32,000 bases of DNA from Vulcanisaeta thermophila. Lineage in GTDB: Archaea; Thermoproteota; Thermoprotei; Thermoproteales; Thermocladiaceae. The first letter of the stretch is position 1; each line of letters opens with the position of its first letter. The notes under the pieces were generated by a model. It had not been told where the DNA came from. It searched no databases and saw only the letters and a list, made by a program, of their open reading frames with translations. The DNA lies in NCBI RefSeq assembly GCF_001748385.1, contig NZ_BCLI01000001.1, positions 257,177-289,176 on the forward strand. The letters run 5' to 3'. Of this stretch, positions 16,008-27,288 are shown in pieces. The translations under genes were made by a program, and so were the position numbers.

Positions 16008-16733
16008 CTAGGGGCGTCCCGTCATTATGCGAGCCACAACCTCCTCAACCCTCTCATTTGGATTGGCCAGCTTCCTTAGGTCATTCATGTGGCCGCTCCA
16101 TACGATGCTCCCCTTATTGATTATTAAAACCCTAGATGCCAACCTCTCGGCTATGGACATTATGTGCGTGGATACAAGTATTGCCGTGCCCCTCGAATTC
16201 AACTCCCTAAGTAATGCGATAACTTTCTCCTGTGTGGGTATGTCCAGGTAATTCAGAGGCTCATCGAGGAGCAGGACCCTTGGCTTATTAATTATTGCCA
16301 TGGCCAACGCGAGCCTCTGCCTATTACCCCTGGATAGGGTCGCCGCGGTTTTATCAGCAATTTCCTCTAGATCCAGCAATTGCATCACGTCGTCAACGGC
16401 GCCCATAATGTCCCTAATACCCCTTAAAGCCGCCACGTACTCCAGGTTCTCCCTAACCGTCAGGTTGAGGAAGGGAACAGCATCCTCGGGCAGGTAACCA
16501 ACGCAGGCCTTGGCCAATGCTGGGTTCCTAAACATGTCAATACCGCAGATCCTCACGAGCCCATGATCCGGTCTCATAAGCCCCGCCAGTATCCTCAGGG
16601 TTGTGGTTTTACCGGCTCCGTTAGGCCCCAGGAGGGTCACGGCCTCCCCGCAATCTATGCTGAAGGATACGTTCCTAAGCACCACGGTGCCATTGAAGCT
16701 CTTACTCAACTCCTCAACGCTAATGCAGCTCAT
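16008..16733 (-). CDS. ABC transporter ATP-binding protein (no permease gene adjacent)
   Basis: Walker A GPNGAGKTT, signature LSRGNRQR and Walker B LLLDEP are present. ATG 16733 is preceded by GGTG at 6 nt. The gene starts 27 nt after the argS stop. Confidence 0.88.
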   Translation of the reverse strand: MSCISVEELSKSFNGTVVLRNVSFSIDCGEAVTLLGPNGAGKTTTLRILAGLMRPDHGLVRICGIDMFRNPALAKACVGYLPEDAVPFLNLTVRENLEYVAALRGIRDIMGAVDDVMQLLDLEEIADKTAATLSRGNRQRLALAMAIINKPRVLLLDEPLNYLDIPTQEKVIALLRELNSRGTAILVSTHIMSIAERLASRVLIINKGSIVWSGHMNDLRKLANPNERVEEVVARIMTGRP

Positions 16734-16760
16734 GTTGCCCACCGTGCTGTCCTTACCACC

Positions 16761-18692
16761 TCACATCCTCCTTAACCTGGGTATTCCCATTATATCCATT
16801 GCGTTGCCGAGCACGGTCCTCACGGCGCTCACAAGATTAAGCCTAAACTCCCTCTGGCCCTGGGGTGCATTGAGTACTGGGTACTTCTCATAATAACTAT
16901 TAAATAATAAGGATAGTTTATTCACGTACTCTGTTATGTACTCAATCCTCAACTCCTGGGCCGCCTTGGTAATAATGCTTGGGAATTCACCTAGCATGAG
17001 TATCAGCTCCTTCTCCTCGGGCTTTATGTCGCTTGGCACCACGAGGCTTGGCACCTGCCCAGCCTTCTCGATAATGCTGTTGGCCCTTACGTAGGTGTAC
17101 TGTATGAATGGGCCGCTGTTCTGCCTAAGGTCGAGGACTCTATCCCAGGAGAATGTCAATGGCTTGTTGGGGCTCACTGAGAGGAAGGAGTACCTAATGG
17201 CGCCCACGGCCACGGCCTCCGCCACAGGCCCCGCCTCGTTGGGTGGGAACCTATCTTTGATTATACTTAAAATCCTGGACTTGGCCTCATCTATTAATTC
17301 ATCGAGTGACACGTAGACTCCCTTCCTACCGCTCATTTTCATACCCGCCAGGTTCACCATCTCGTAGGAGTAGTGGATTATTTTCTTGGCGAGTTCCCTA
17401 TAACCCATTACGTAGAGTGCCAGCCTTAATTGCGCCTGTGGGTGTGCCTGCTCTGATCCTATGACCCTTATGAGCTTATCAAACTTGAAGTTATCCCAGT
17501 ACCAAAGTGCGTAGGCTATGTCCCTGGTTAGGTAGAGGCTTGTACCATCACTCCTCAGTAGTGTGGCCCTGGGTATGTACCTGGGTATGTTCAACTCATC
17601 CCAGAGCCCCAGGTCCTCAGCAACCCTGTCAGCCCTGAAGACCAGGGCCCCATCACTCCTCTCCACGTAGTTCTGCGCATTCCTTATCAACTCATTAATT
17701 ACCCTGTAAGTCCCCTTGTTATCCACCGCAACCTCGCTTTCGAAGTCCCAGGAGTCGAAGGTTATACCGAGCCTATTCAGGGTTTCCCTAAAGCCCCCTA
17801 GGATTAGGTCCACAGCCTCCCTAATGACCCTCCTAACGAATTCGTCACCCTCCTCGTAGGCCCTGGCCCATTGCTTGGCCATTAGGGCCACGTCATCGTA
17901 CTTACTAAGCCCCATTAGTAATGCGTCCGTTAACTCCTTATCCTTATCCGAGGCATTCCTTATCGAGGATAACCACTCATCCCTCTCGCTAATCAACTTA
18001 TTGGCCTCCTCATACTTCCCCTCACTGCTTAACCTCTCGATCTGCTTAGTAAGCCTCTTAACCTCACCCACTGAGTACGTTACTGTGTAGACGATGCCAA
18101 AGACCTCATCGGGCTTCCTCCCCTCATTAATCCTCCTGAGTATTACGTCCTTAGCCACGTAGTAACCAATGCCCACGTACGGTACCTGGTCACCGCAGTC
18201 ATTAACGTAGAAGTGGGTTCTGACAGAGGCCCCGCAGAACCTCAGTAGCCTGGCCAGTGAATCGCCAAGTACTGCGTTCCTACCATGCCCTATGTGCATG
18301 GGCTTGGCGGGGTTGGCGCTGGTGTGCTCAATTATGTAAACACCCCTGGGGCACTCCTCAGTGGCCCCGTACTTATCGCCTAGCCTTGTGATGGTGTTTA
18401 GGACCAGTTGTGCGTAATTACCTGGCTTGACGTCTATGTTTAGGTAACCGTTAACAATAACCACCCTATCCAGTAGGTTAAGGCTTAGTGAGTTGAGTGC
18501 CCTATTGAGCGCGTTGCTTAAGTCACCGTACTTCTTAACTAACCCGTGGAGTGGCACGGCTATGTAACCGTACTGCGGCGGCGCCCTCATGATACTACTG
18601 ACATAATTCCCCAAATCCTCACCCAACTCGCGGCCCAGGGCATTGAGCAACCCCCTAACCTCCCTAATCACCTCACCATATGGGTTAAGCAT
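16761..18692 (-). CDS. argS: arginine--tRNA ligase
   Basis: 643 aa. It has a class I HIGH variant (SANPAKPMHIGHGRN), a KMSKS-like MKMSGRKG and the C-terminal DALR anticodon-binding pattern. A TATA box (minus strand, 18716-18724) lies about 23 nt upstream of the ATG. Confidence 0.92.
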   Translation of the reverse strand: MLNPYGEVIREVRGLLNALGRELGEDLGNYVSSIMRAPPQYGYIAVPLHGLVKKYGDLSNALNRALNSLSLNLLDRVVIVNGYLNIDVKPGNYAQLVLNTITRLGDKYGATEECPRGVYIIEHTSANPAKPMHIGHGRNAVLGDSLARLLRFCGASVRTHFYVNDCGDQVPYVGIGYYVAKDVILRRINEGRKPDEVFGIVYTVTYSVGEVKRLTKQIERLSSEGKYEEANKLISERDEWLSSIRNASDKDKELTDALLMGLSKYDDVALMAKQWARAYEEGDEFVRRVIREAVDLILGGFRETLNRLGITFDSWDFESEVAVDNKGTYRVINELIRNAQNYVERSDGALVFRADRVAEDLGLWDELNIPRYIPRATLLRSDGTSLYLTRDIAYALWYWDNFKFDKLIRVIGSEQAHPQAQLRLALYVMGYRELAKKIIHYSYEMVNLAGMKMSGRKGVYVSLDELIDEAKSRILSIIKDRFPPNEAGPVAEAVAVGAIRYSFLSVSPNKPLTFSWDRVLDLRQNSGPFIQYTYVRANSIIEKAGQVPSLVVPSDIKPEEKELILMLGEFPSIITKAAQELRIEYITEYVNKLSLLFNSYYEKYPVLNAPQGQREFRLNLVSAVRTVLGNAMDIMGIPRLRRM

Positions 18693-18740
18693 TACGGTAA
18701 TTGATTAATTGGGTCATAAAAATAGTTTTCGGTATTAAAA

Positions 18741-18749
18741 AATTTAAAG
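18741..18749 (+). promoter_or_regulatory. TATA box of rpoH
   Basis: AATTTAAAG lies 25 nt upstream of the GTG start (leaderless geometry). Confidence 0.55.
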
Positions 18750-18774
18750 GCAAAGCCCAGGTGGGTTAATCCCC

Positions 18775-19044
18775 GTGAGTAGTAGGAGGCGTAGGAAGGC
18801 TGAGGAGAGGCTTAGGATTATTATGGAGCATGAGTACATGCCCAAGGCCGAGATAGTGCCCAAGGAGGAGGTTAAGGAGATACTCAAGCAACTCAATGCC
18901 AAGCCCTTCCAACTACCGTGGATCAGGGCCAGCGACCCACTGGCTAGGGCATTGGGTGCCAAGCCAGGTAATGTGATTAGGATAATCCGTAAGTCCGACA
19001 CGGCTGGTGAGACCGTGAGCTACAGGTTTGTGGTTCCTGGTTAG
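18775..19044 (+). CDS. rpoH: DNA-directed RNA polymerase subunit H (Rpo5/Rpb5)
   Basis: [42 protein letters not shown] is the conserved RpoH core. The GTG start lies 25 nt after the TATA box AATTTAAAG. An alternative ATG lies at 18823. Confidence 0.9.
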   Translation: MSSRRRRKAEERLRIIMEHEYMPKAEIVPKEEVKEILKQLNAKPFQLPWIRASDPLARALGAKPGNVIRIIRKSDTAGETVSYRFVVPG

Positions 19045-19137
19045 GGATGCAAAACAATATAAATGGGTGTTGCATGACCATGGTGATTATGGGAAGATCA
19101 ATCATGGCAATTATTAGAGGGAGGGGTGGGTGAGGGC

Positions 19138-22100
19138 ATGCTCCAGGGCACCGGTTTTGATTCCCAGGGCTACGTCCCAATACCCATACTGAGGAGCGAG
19201 AGGCTTCGTAACCAGCCATTCCCCACGTCAGACGATAGGTGGGAGTTAGTAAGGGCGTTCATTAGGGAGGGCGGTTTGGTGAAGCACCAGATTGACTCAT
19301 TCAACGACTTCGTGGAGAGGAAGCTGCAGGAGATAATCAATGAGAATAATGTAATAGAGACGGAGATAAAGGGGCTCTACATAAAGCTCGAGCGTATAGA
19401 GGTTGGTAAGCCAAGGATTAGGGAGGCGGATGCCAGTGAGCATTTACTATACCCGATGGAGGCCAGGCTCAGGAACATAACATACTCAGCGCCCCTCTAC
19501 CTAATGATGACGCTGTACATCAATGATGAGGAGGTTGATAGGCAGAAGGTCTATATTGGGGATTTACCCATAATGGTTAGGTCCAGGTACTGCAACCTAC
19601 ACGGTATGAAGAGGAGTGACTTGATAAAGAAGCTCGAGGACCCAGACGACCCAGGCGGTTACTTCATAATCAACGGTAGTGAGAGGGTCATTGTATCCCA
19701 GGAGGACCTGGCACCCAACAAGCCATTCTATGACAAGGGTAATAAGGCAAGCATAACCCACACGGCCAAGGTAATCTCAATAGGCGCTGGGTTTAAGACC
19801 ACCGTAACCGTGGAGCGGCACAGTGACGGCATAATATACGTAACCTTCCCAGCGGTGGCCACCAGGATACCATTCCCAGTGATAATGAGAGCCCTGGGCC
19901 TCGAGACAGACGAGGACATAGTACTGGCCGTGAGTGATGACCCGGACATACAGAATGAGCTCCTCCCATCACTACAATTCTCAATACAGTTCGCAAAGAC
20001 CGTGGATGACGCCCTGGACTACATAGGTAGTAAGGTGGCCATTGGGCAGCCCAGGGAGGTTAGGATTGAAAGGGCCAGGCAGGTACTCGATAGGTACTTC
20101 CTGCCCCACCTCGGGACCACCGAGGATGCCAGGTTGAAGAAGGCGTTGATGGTTGGGCAGATGGTCAAGGGGGTCATTGAGATGTACCTTGGGCGTAGGC
20201 AACCTGATGATAAGGACCACATGGCCAACAAGAGGGTTAGGCTCGTGGGTGACTTAATGACTCAGTTGTTTAGGGCCGTGTTTAGGCAGGTGGTTCAGGA
20301 CATTAAGCAGCAGTTGGAGAGGCACTACTCCAGGGGTAAAGTCCCCAACCTAGTCACCCTGGTGAGGGCTGACATAATAACGGAGAGGATAAGACACGCA
20401 CTAGCCACTGGCAACTGGGTTGGTGGTAGGACAGGCGTTTCCCAAATGCTCGATAGGACCAACATACTATCAACCCTAAGCCACCTCAGGAGGGTTGTTT
20501 CTAACCTAAGCAGGACACAGCCACACTTCGAGGCAAGGGACCTACACCCAACCCAGTGGGGTAGGCTTTGCGCTGTCGAGACCCCGGAGGGCCAGAATTG
20601 TGGGCTTGTTAAGAACATGGCACTACTGGCAACAATAACAGTGGGTGTTAATGAGGATGAGGTTGAGAAGATGCTCTATGACCTGGGCGTGGTGCCAATA
20701 ATGAAGGCCAGGAGGGAGGGTGTTAAGGGCTCCGAGGTCTACCTAAATGGGAGGTTGATAGGCATACACCCAGAGCCTGAGAAGCTCGTGAGTACCGTGA
20801 GGATGCTTAGGCGTAGGGGCCAGATTAGTAATGAGATAAACATAGCCAGGATAAAGACTGAGTACCTGGATGAGGTTAGGGTTAACTGTGATGGTGGTAG
20901 GATAAGGAGGCCGTTACTAATAATTGAAAATGGAGCGCTAAAACTAAGGCCCGAGCACATTGAGAAGTTGAGAAGTGGTGAGTGGTCCTGGACTGACCTG
21001 GTAAACAACGGCATTATTGAGTACCTGGATGGTGATGAGGAGGAGAATGCCCTAGTTGCCATAAACCCTGAGGACATAACGGAGAAGCACACCCACATGG
21101 AGATTATACCATCGGTCATGCTAGGGGCCATAGCGTCCATAATACCCTACGCGGAGCACAATCAATCACCCAGGAACATATACGAGGCAGCCATGGCCAA
21201 GCAAAGCCTGGGCTTCCCAGCGGCCAATTACAGGTTTAGGATGGATAGCAGGGGCCACTTGCTGATATACCCAGAGAGGCCCCTGGTGATCACCAGGGGG
21301 TTGGAATTGAACGGTTACATAAACAGGCCAGCGGGTCAGAATGCGGTGGTTGCCTTGATATCATACACGGGCTATAACATGGAGGATGCCGTGATACTGA
21401 ATAAATCAGCCATTGAGAGGGGTATGTATAGGAGTGTCTTCTTCAGGACTTACGAAACAGAGCAGATGAGGTACCCAGGGGGTGAGGAGGATAGGATAGA
21501 GATACCATCACCCGAGGTGAGGGGTTACAAGGGCTCCGAGGCCTACGCACACCTTGACGAGGACGGCATAGTATCACCGGAGGTCCTGGTATCCAGCGGC
21601 GAGGTGCTCATAGGCAAGACCTCACCACCCAGATTCTACGGTGTGTATGCGGAGACCGTGACCTCAAGCCCCAGGAGGGACTCCTCAATAACGGTTAGGC
21701 GCGGTGAGAAGGGTATTGTGGATAATGTAGTAGTTACCGAGACCAACGAGGGGTATAAGCTTGTTAAGGTTAAGGTTAGGGAGTTGAGGATACCGGAGCT
21801 CGGTGATAAGTTCGCCAGTAGGCATGGGCAGAAGGGAGTAATGGGTATGATGATACCCATGCAGGACATGCCCTTCACGGAGGATGGAATAACCCCAGAC
21901 ATAATAGTGAACCCACACGCACTACCCAGTAGGATGACCATAGGGCAACTTCTCGAATCCATGGCCGGCAAGGTCGCCGCCCTAAGGGGCGTGTTGGTGG
22001 ACGCCACACCATTTGAGGGGGTGACGGAGGATGAGCTCAGGGAATTATTAATAAAGGCGGGCTTCAGGTGGGATGGTAAGGAGGTCATGTACAGCGGGTT

Positions 22101-22554
22101 GACTGGTAGGAAGCTCGAGGCCGACATATTCATCGGGGTTGTTTACTACCAGAAGCTGCACCACATGGTTGCTGATAAGATACACGCCAGGGCCAGGGGC
22201 CCAGTGCAGATACTCACCAGGCAACCCACGGAGGGCAGGTCCAGGGAGGGTGGGCTTAGGCTTGGTGAGATGGAGAGGGACGTATTAATAGCCCATGGGG
22301 CAGCCGCACTACTTAGGGAGAGGCTTATGGAGTCCAGTGACAAGTACACAATGTACGTGTGCGAGGACTGCGGCATGATAGCCTGGTACGACACCAACAG
22401 GGGCAGGCCCATATGCCCAATACACGGCGATAAGGGTAGGGTTGTCAGGGTGGTTGTGCCCTACGCCTTCAAGCTGTTGCTTCAGGAGTTACTAAGCCTG
22501 GGCATTTACCCAAGGATTGAAACGGGTGATTTAATCGAGGAGAGGGGGACGTAG
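19138..22554 (+). CDS. rpoB: DNA-directed RNA polymerase subunit B (unsplit)
   Basis: About 1138 aa with [66 protein letters not shown] and the C-terminal Zn ribbon CEDCG...CPIHG. ATG 19138 follows a G-rich SD-like run, GGAGGGGTGGGTGAGGG. Confidence 0.97.
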   Translation: MLQGTGFDSQGYVPIPILRSERLRNQPFPTSDDRWELVRAFIREGGLVKHQIDSFNDFVERKLQEIINENNVIETEIKGLYIKLERIEVGKPRIREADASEHLLYPMEARLRNITYSAPLYLMMTLYINDEEVDRQKVYIGDLPIMVRSRYCNLHGMKRSDLIKKLEDPDDPGGYFIINGSERVIVSQEDLAPNKPFYDKGNKASITHTAKVISIGAGFKTTVTVERHSDGIIYVTFPAVATRIPFPVIMRALGLETDEDIVLAVSDDPDIQNELLPSLQFSIQFAKTVDDALDYIGSKVAIGQPREVRIERARQVLDRYFLPHLGTTEDARLKKALMVGQMVKGVIEMYLGRRQPDDKDHMANKRVRLVGDLMTQLFRAVFRQVVQDIKQQLERHYSRGKVPNLVTLVRADIITERIRHALATGNWVGGRTGVSQMLDRTNILSTLSHLRRVVSNLSRTQPHFEARDLHPTQWGRLCAVETPEGQNCGLVKNMALLATITVGVNEDEVEKMLYDLGVVPIMKARREGVKGSEVYLNGRLIGIHPEPEKLVSTVRMLRRRGQISNEINIARIKTEYLDEVRVNCDGGRIRRPLLIIENGALKLRPEHIEKLRSGEWSWTDLVNNGIIEYLDGDEEENALVAINPEDITEKHTHMEIIPSVMLGAIASIIPYAEHNQSPRNIYEAAMAKQSLGFPAANYRFRMDSRGHLLIYPERPLVITRGLELNGYINRPAGQNAVVALISYTGYNMEDAVILNKSAIERGMYRSVFFRTYETEQMRYPGGEEDRIEIPSPEVRGYKGSEAYAHLDEDGIVSPEVLVSSGEVLIGKTSPPRFYGVYAETVTSSPRRDSSITVRRGEKGIVDNVVVTETNEGYKLVKVKVRELRIPELGDKFASRHGQKGVMGMMIPMQDMPFTEDGITPDIIVNPHALPSRMTIGQLLESMAGKVAALRGVLVDATPFEGVTEDELRELLIKAGFRWDGKEVMYSGLTGRKLEADIFIGVVYYQKLHHMVADKIHARARGPVQILTRQPTEGRSREGGLRLGEMERDVLIAHGAAALLRERLMESSDKYTMYVCEDCGMIAWYDTNRGRPICPIHGDKGRVVRVVVPYAFKLLLQELLSLGIYPRIETGDLIEERGT

Positions 22555-22565
22555 GGGTGACCCAC

Positions 22566-25241
22566 ATGGGCACCACTGAGAGGGTAATGGTGAGGGAGGA
22601 GGAGATCCCCATTAAAGTAATTAAGGACATAAAGTTTGCATTGTTATCGCCGGAGACCATAAGGGCTATGTCCGTAATCGAAATAACAACATCGGAGACG
22701 TATGACGAGGCCGGCAGGCCCATGGTGGGTGGGCTAATGGATAGGAGGCTGGGCGTTGTGGAGCCTGGGGTTAGGTGCGAGACTTGTGGCAATACCCATG
22801 ACAAGTGCCCTGGGCATTTCGGTAGGATTGAGCTTGCCAGGCCCGTGATCCACGTTGAGTATGTTAAGCAAATACACGACCTATTAAGAGCCACCTGCAG
22901 GGAGTGCGGTAGGATACTACTCACGGATGATGAGATAGCCAAGTACGAGAAGAGGCTTGAGAGACTCAGGGTTAGGTGGAGGTTGCTCGCTGATAAATTA
23001 ATTGAGAGGGTTAGGAAGAAGGCCATGGAGAGGAACGTATGCCCACACTGCGGTGCTAAACAGTATAAGATTAGGCTCGAGAGGCCCTACACGTTCTATG
23101 AGGAGAAGGAGAATGGGGTTCTCGAGAGGCTAGACCCCATGAGGATTAGGGAGAGGCTTGAGAGGATCCCCGATAGCGACTTAGTACTGCTTGGCTGGGA
23201 TCCAAAGGCAGCGAGGCCAGAGTGGGCCATACTAACTGTTTTACCTGTACCGCCGCCCCAAGTGAGGCCATCAATACAGCTGGAGACTGGGCAGAGGAGT
23301 GAGGATGACCTAACGCATAAGCTCGTGGATATAGTGAGGGTTAATGAGAAGTTGAGGACGGCAATAGACTCGGGGGCGCCCAGCAGCGTCATTGACCAAC
23401 TATGGGACTTGCTTCAGTACCACGTGGCCACGTACTTCAACAACGAGATACCAAACCTACCACCCGTTAAGCACAGGAGTGGTAGGCCCCTGAAGACCCT
23501 GGCCCAGAGGTTGAAGGGTAAGGAGGGCAGGTTCAGGGGTAGCCTGTCAGGTAAGAGGGTTGACTTCTCATCAAGGACCGTAATAAGCCCAGACCCCAAC
23601 CTGAGCATTAACGAGGTTGGTGTGCCCATTGACGTGGCGAAGATACTCACGGTGCCCATGACAGTGACCGAGTGGAACCTGGAATTCGCGAGGCAATTGG
23701 TTATGAATGGGCCTGAGATTTGGCCTGGGGCTAATTACGTGGTTTACCCAGACGGTAGGAGGGTTGACCTCAGGTACTTCAGGGATAGGCGTGAATTAGC
23801 CAATAAATTGGCCCCTGGATTCATAGTGGAGAGGCACCTATTAAATGGTGACATTGTACTATTCAATAGACAACCAAGCCTACACAGGATGTCAATGATG
23901 GGGCACCTGGTGAGGGTGCTGCCAGGGAGGACCTTCAGGCTACACCTTGCCGTGTGCCCACCATACAATGCGGACTTTGATGGTGATGAGATGAACCTAC
24001 ACGTACCACAGAATGAGGAGGCCAGGGCCGAGGCTAAGATGCTAATGCTCGTGCAGAACCACATAATAACGCCTAGGTATGGTGGGCCCATAATAGGCGC
24101 CAGGCAGGACTACATAACAGGGGGCTACCTACTCACCAGGAAGGGGACGTTCATAGACAAGGAAACACTAATGTACCTACTGGCCGCGGCCAATTATGAG
24201 GGTGAGATCGAGGAGCCAGCCATAATGCACCCCAGGGAGTTATGGACTGGGAAGCAGGTAATATCCATGTTACTACCCAAAGACCTGAATTGGGTGCAAC
24301 CCACCGCGATTAAGGATGTGTGCAAGGACCCATACAACTGCTACACCGATGAGCACCTAGTGATAGTGAATGGTTACATGGCCACCGGGGTCCTTGATAA
24401 GAAGTCCATAGGCGCCGAGCAGGTGGACTCACTATGGCACATAATAGTTAAGAGGTACGGCAATGACTTCGCCAGGAAGTGGATTGACTCGACACTAAGG
24501 GCCATCCTTAGGTACCTAGACCTCAGGGGATTCACCATGGGCATTGACTCACTGGACGTACCGAAGGAGGCCTATGACGAGCTTGAGAAGCTTTACATCC
24601 AGAGTGAGAGGAAGGTCCTGGACTACATCCAGAGGTTTAGGGAGGGTAAGCTTGAGGCTGAGCCTGGGCTCACGGTTGAGGAGACCCTGGAGAATGAGGT
24701 AACTATCGAGTTGAGTAGGGCTAGGGAGGATGCGGCGAGGATCGTGAGTAAGTACATAAACCAGGAGGGTGATGCCTTCATAATGGCTAAGACGGGCGCC
24801 AGGGGTAGTATAGTGAATATTGTCCAGATGACTGCGATGATTGGGCAACAGACAATAAGGGGTGAGCGCTTTAAGAGGGGGTTCATGAATAGGACCACGG
24901 CACACTTCGAACCAGGTGATCTGGGGCCCATGGCTAAGGGCTTCGTAAAGAACAACTTCAAGGTGGGGTTGACCCCACTTGAGTTCTTCTTCCACTCAGC
25001 GGGTGGTAGGGATGGCCTGGTGGACACGGCAGTTAGAACAGCCCAGAGTGGTTATATGCAGAGGAGGTTGATAAACGCGCTGCAGGACATATACGTGGGT
25101 TATGACGGAACCGTTAGGGGCGCCGACGGCTCAATAATACAGATTAGGTACGCTGAGGATGGTATTGACGTTAGTAAGAGTGATCATGGGAGGCTCAATG
25201 TGGATGAGATTATAAGGAGGGCCCTTGGGGGTGGTGGGTGA
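22566..25241 (+). CDS. rpoA1: DNA-directed RNA polymerase subunit A' (Rpo1N)
   Basis: It has the Zn motifs CETCGN...CPGHFG, the catalytic [12 protein letters not shown], and RPSLHRMS-like [15 protein letters not shown] 22566 lies 6 nt after GGGGTG; the longest ORF starts at GTG 22557. Confidence 0.97.
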   Translation: MGTTERVMVREEEIPIKVIKDIKFALLSPETIRAMSVIEITTSETYDEAGRPMVGGLMDRRLGVVEPGVRCETCGNTHDKCPGHFGRIELARPVIHVEYVKQIHDLLRATCRECGRILLTDDEIAKYEKRLERLRVRWRLLADKLIERVRKKAMERNVCPHCGAKQYKIRLERPYTFYEEKENGVLERLDPMRIRERLERIPDSDLVLLGWDPKAARPEWAILTVLPVPPPQVRPSIQLETGQRSEDDLTHKLVDIVRVNEKLRTAIDSGAPSSVIDQLWDLLQYHVATYFNNEIPNLPPVKHRSGRPLKTLAQRLKGKEGRFRGSLSGKRVDFSSRTVISPDPNLSINEVGVPIDVAKILTVPMTVTEWNLEFARQLVMNGPEIWPGANYVVYPDGRRVDLRYFRDRRELANKLAPGFIVERHLLNGDIVLFNRQPSLHRMSMMGHLVRVLPGRTFRLHLAVCPPYNADFDGDEMNLHVPQNEEARAEAKMLMLVQNHIITPRYGGPIIGARQDYITGGYLLTRKGTFIDKETLMYLLAAANYEGEIEEPAIMHPRELWTGKQVISMLLPKDLNWVQPTAIKDVCKDPYNCYTDEHLVIVNGYMATGVLDKKSIGAEQVDSLWHIIVKRYGNDFARKWIDSTLRAILRYLDLRGFTMGIDSLDVPKEAYDELEKLYIQSERKVLDYIQRFREGKLEAEPGLTVEETLENEVTIELSRAREDAARIVSKYINQEGDAFIMAKTGARGSIVNIVQMTAMIGQQTIRGERFKRGFMNRTTAHFEPGDLGPMAKGFVKNNFKVGLTPLEFFFHSAGGRDGLVDTAVRTAQSGYMQRRLINALQDIYVGYDGTVRGADGSIIQIRYAEDGIDVSKSDHGRLNVDEIIRRALGGGG

Positions 25242-26404
25242 TGTCAAGCCCTGTGGTTACTCAGGAAGAATTGAATGAGGTACTAGCAAAACTTGCGGGT
25301 ATAATGCCCGCCAAGATAATAAATGAATTAAGGGATAGACTATCAAAGATGACGATAACCAGGGAGCAATTAATAAACATAGTCAGAACACTAATCAACG
25401 AGTACTACAGGGCACTCATAGACCCGGGGGAGGCCATTGGGATCGTAACAGCCCAATCAGTGGGTGAGCCAAGTACCCAAATGATCCTAAGATCCTTCCA
25501 CTTCGCAGGGCTTAGGGAGTTCTCAATGGCCCTTGGACTACCTAGAATGATAGAGCTTGTGGATGCCAGGAGGAAGCCCTCAGTACCCATGATGACCATA
25601 TACCTAGATGAGGAGCACAGGAAGGATCTGCAAAAGGCCCAGGAGGTTGCCTACAAGATTCAACTAACCACGATTGAGAACGTGACCAACACCGTGGAGG
25701 TGGATTACATAAACTCACAAATAATTATTGAGATAGACGAGAATGAGCTGAGACAGAGGGGGCTTTCGATGGATGATGTTAAGAAGGCAATCGATAGGAT
25801 AAAGGGTAAGGGGGCCCAGGTGGAGATTGAGGGTAACGTGATTAGGGTCACCGTGGAGGGGGCCGACATAATAAAGCTCAGGAGGATTAGGGATAAGATA
25901 TTGCAAACAAGGCTCGCGGGCATTAAGAATGTGAAGAAGACACTGGTTAGGCAGAGGGATAATGAGTGGATTATAGAGACCGAGGGGACAAACCTAGAGG
26001 CTGTGTTGACAATAGAGGGTGTGGATCACAGAAGAACCATATCAAACGACATCCACGAGGTAGCTGAGGTCCTGGGCATTGAGGCGGCCAGGACGGTGAT
26101 AATGAGGGAGTTGAAGAAGGTTCTTGATCAGCAGGGTCTCGATACGGACATAAGGCACCTAATGCTCATTGCCGACGTGATGACCTGGACGGGTAGGGTG
26201 AGGCAGGTGGGTAGGCATGGAGTTGTGGGTGAGAAGGAGAGCCCACTGGCCAGGGCGGCCTTCGAGGTGACAGTGAAGAATCTGGTGGAGGCATCCGTGA
26301 GGGGTGAGGTGGAGCAGTTCAGGGGCGTTGTGGAGAGTATCATAGCTGGTAAGTACATACCCATTGGTACAGGCATTGTTCAATTACTCATGGAGTTTGA
26401 GTAA
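25241..26404 (+). CDS. rpoA2: DNA-directed RNA polymerase subunit A'' (Rpo1C)
   Basis: GEAIGIVTAQSVGEPSTQM (trigger-loop region) and GIEAAR...HLMLIADVMT are present. Its ATG overlaps the rpoA1 TGA as TGATG. Confidence 0.95.
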   Translation: MSSPVVTQEELNEVLAKLAGIMPAKIINELRDRLSKMTITREQLINIVRTLINEYYRALIDPGEAIGIVTAQSVGEPSTQMILRSFHFAGLREFSMALGLPRMIELVDARRKPSVPMMTIYLDEEHRKDLQKAQEVAYKIQLTTIENVTNTVEVDYINSQIIIEIDENELRQRGLSMDDVKKAIDRIKGKGAQVEIEGNVIRVTVEGADIIKLRRIRDKILQTRLAGIKNVKKTLVRQRDNEWIIETEGTNLEAVLTIEGVDHRRTISNDIHEVAEVLGIEAARTVIMRELKKVLDQQGLDTDIRHLMLIADVMTWTGRVRQVGRHGVVGEKESPLARAAFEVTVKNLVEASVRGEVEQFRGVVESIIAGKYIPIGTGIVQLLMEFE

Positions 26405-26432
26405 GGACTGAGTTCATATTATCAATAACACC

Positions 26433-26447
26433 GCCCAGCATTAGATT
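26433..26447 (+). repeat. 15-nt direct repeat, copy 1 (GCCCAGCATTAGATT)
   Basis: It matches 26796-26810 exactly and lies just upstream of, and overlapping, the rpl30e TATA box. Confidence 0.9.
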
Positions 26448-26453
26448 TAAAAA
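26446..26453 (+). promoter_or_regulatory. internal TATA box in front of rpl30e
   Basis: TTTAAAAA(G) lies 22 nt upstream of the ATG at 26476. It follows, and overlaps by 2 nt, the first copy of the 15-nt repeat. Confidence 0.55.
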
Positions 26454-26475
26454 GACTGCTAAAACGGTGTTTTGA

Positions 26476-26787
26476 ATGATCGATATCTCAAGGGAACTAC
26501 AGGTGGCGATAAACACGGGCAAGGTAATGCTTGGTTACAAGGAATCACTAAAGGCTGTGATGGATGGTTCAGCGAAGCTCGTAATTGTGGCCTCAAACAC
26601 ACCACCACACATGCTCGAAACCATAATGTACTACGCCAAGATAGCCAACATACCAGTCTACACATTCCAGGGATCAAGCTGGGACCTGGGTGCAGCGGCG
26701 AGGAAGCCCTTTAAAATATCAACAATAGCCGTGGTGGACCCAGGAGAAAGTAATATATTAGCTTTAATCACTGGTCGCACGGGGTGA
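26476..26787 (+). CDS. rpl30e: 50S ribosomal protein L30e (eL30)
   Basis: 103 aa. INTGKVMLGYKESLKAV..GSAKLVIVASN...YYAKIANIPVYTFQGSSWDLG is typical eL30. It has its own TATA box at 26446-26453, 22 nt upstream of the ATG. Confidence 0.92.
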   Translation: MIDISRELQVAINTGKVMLGYKESLKAVMDGSAKLVIVASNTPPHMLETIMYYAKIANIPVYTFQGSSWDLGAAARKPFKISTIAVVDPGESNILALITGRTG

Positions 26788-26793
26788 GCCCTC

Positions 26794-27243
26794 ATGCCCA
26801 GCATTAGATTGACAGAGGAGGAGATAAGGTATGTGGCCCTGTTTGAGAAAATAACGGGCATAACACCAAGGGATGCCGTTATCGATCCGCAGTACAATAG
26901 GATAATATTCATAGTGGATAAGAACTTCGCACCACTGGCCGTGGGTAAGGGCGGGGTCAATATTAGGAAGCTTGAGGAGTTAATAGGTAAGGATGTGGAG
27001 GTTGTGGAGTATGGAGAAACCCCTGAGGAATTGATCAAAAACAGCCTATACCCAGCGAGGGTTCTATCAGTCAAGATAACAAAGCTCCCCAACAACGGTA
27101 GTATAGCAATAGCCACGGTGCAGGGAGAGGATAAGGCAATAGCCCTTGGTAGACAGAAAAGGAACATAAACAGGGCCAAACTACTTGCCAAGCGGTACTT
27201 CGACATAGATGGGGTTAGGATAGTCTCACCAGAGCAGGCATAG
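26794..27243 (+). CDS. nusA: archaeal NusA-like transcription termination/antitermination protein (two KH domains)
   Basis: 149 aa with GKGGVNIRKLEELIGKDVEVVEY (the KH GxxG motif), in the conserved position between rpl30e and rps12. GGGGTG lies 7 nt upstream of the ATG. Confidence 0.88.
   Translation: MPSIRLTEEEIRYVALFEKITGITPRDAVIDPQYNRIIFIVDKNFAPLAVGKGGVNIRKLEELIGKDVEVVEYGETPEELIKNSLYPARVLSVKITKLPNNGSIAIATVQGEDKAIALGRQKRNINRAKLLAKRYFDIDGVRIVSPEQA
26796..26810 (+). repeat. 15-nt direct repeat, copy 2 (GCCCAGCATTAGATT)
   Basis: It matches 26433-26447 exactly. It begins at the G of the nusA ATG and covers codons 2-5 and part of codon 6. Confidence 0.9.
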
Positions 27244-27257
27244 TAAGCATAGTAAAG

Positions 27258-27265
27258 TATATAAG
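27258..27265 (+). promoter_or_regulatory. internal TATA box in front of rps12
   Basis: TATATAAG lies 23 nt upstream of the ATG at 27289. Confidence 0.55.
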
Positions 27266-27288
27266 TGCTGAAAATACACGAACCCACA

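Noticed and set aside
19047-19075. An inverted repeat, ATGCAA...TTGCAT, encloses a TATA-like AATATAAATG between rpoH and rpoB.
   Set aside because: The arms are only 6 bp and the loop is 17 nt, which is common by chance. rpoB has a strong SD-type context, consistent with co-transcription from the rpoH promoter.
19138-19230. RpoB has an N-terminal extension of about 28 aa relative to Sulfolobus RpoB as I remember it. No alternative start codon lies downstream before the conserved DRWELV...HQIDSFNDF.
   Set aside because: It is likely a lineage-specific extension. I cannot evaluate it without an alignment of Thermoproteales RpoB sequences, and the comparison relies on my recollection of the Sulfolobus sequence.
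19728-25027. Many minus-strand ORFs of 60-185 aa lie inside rpoB and rpoA1.
   Set aside because: All are antisense shadow frames within unambiguous RNA polymerase genes.
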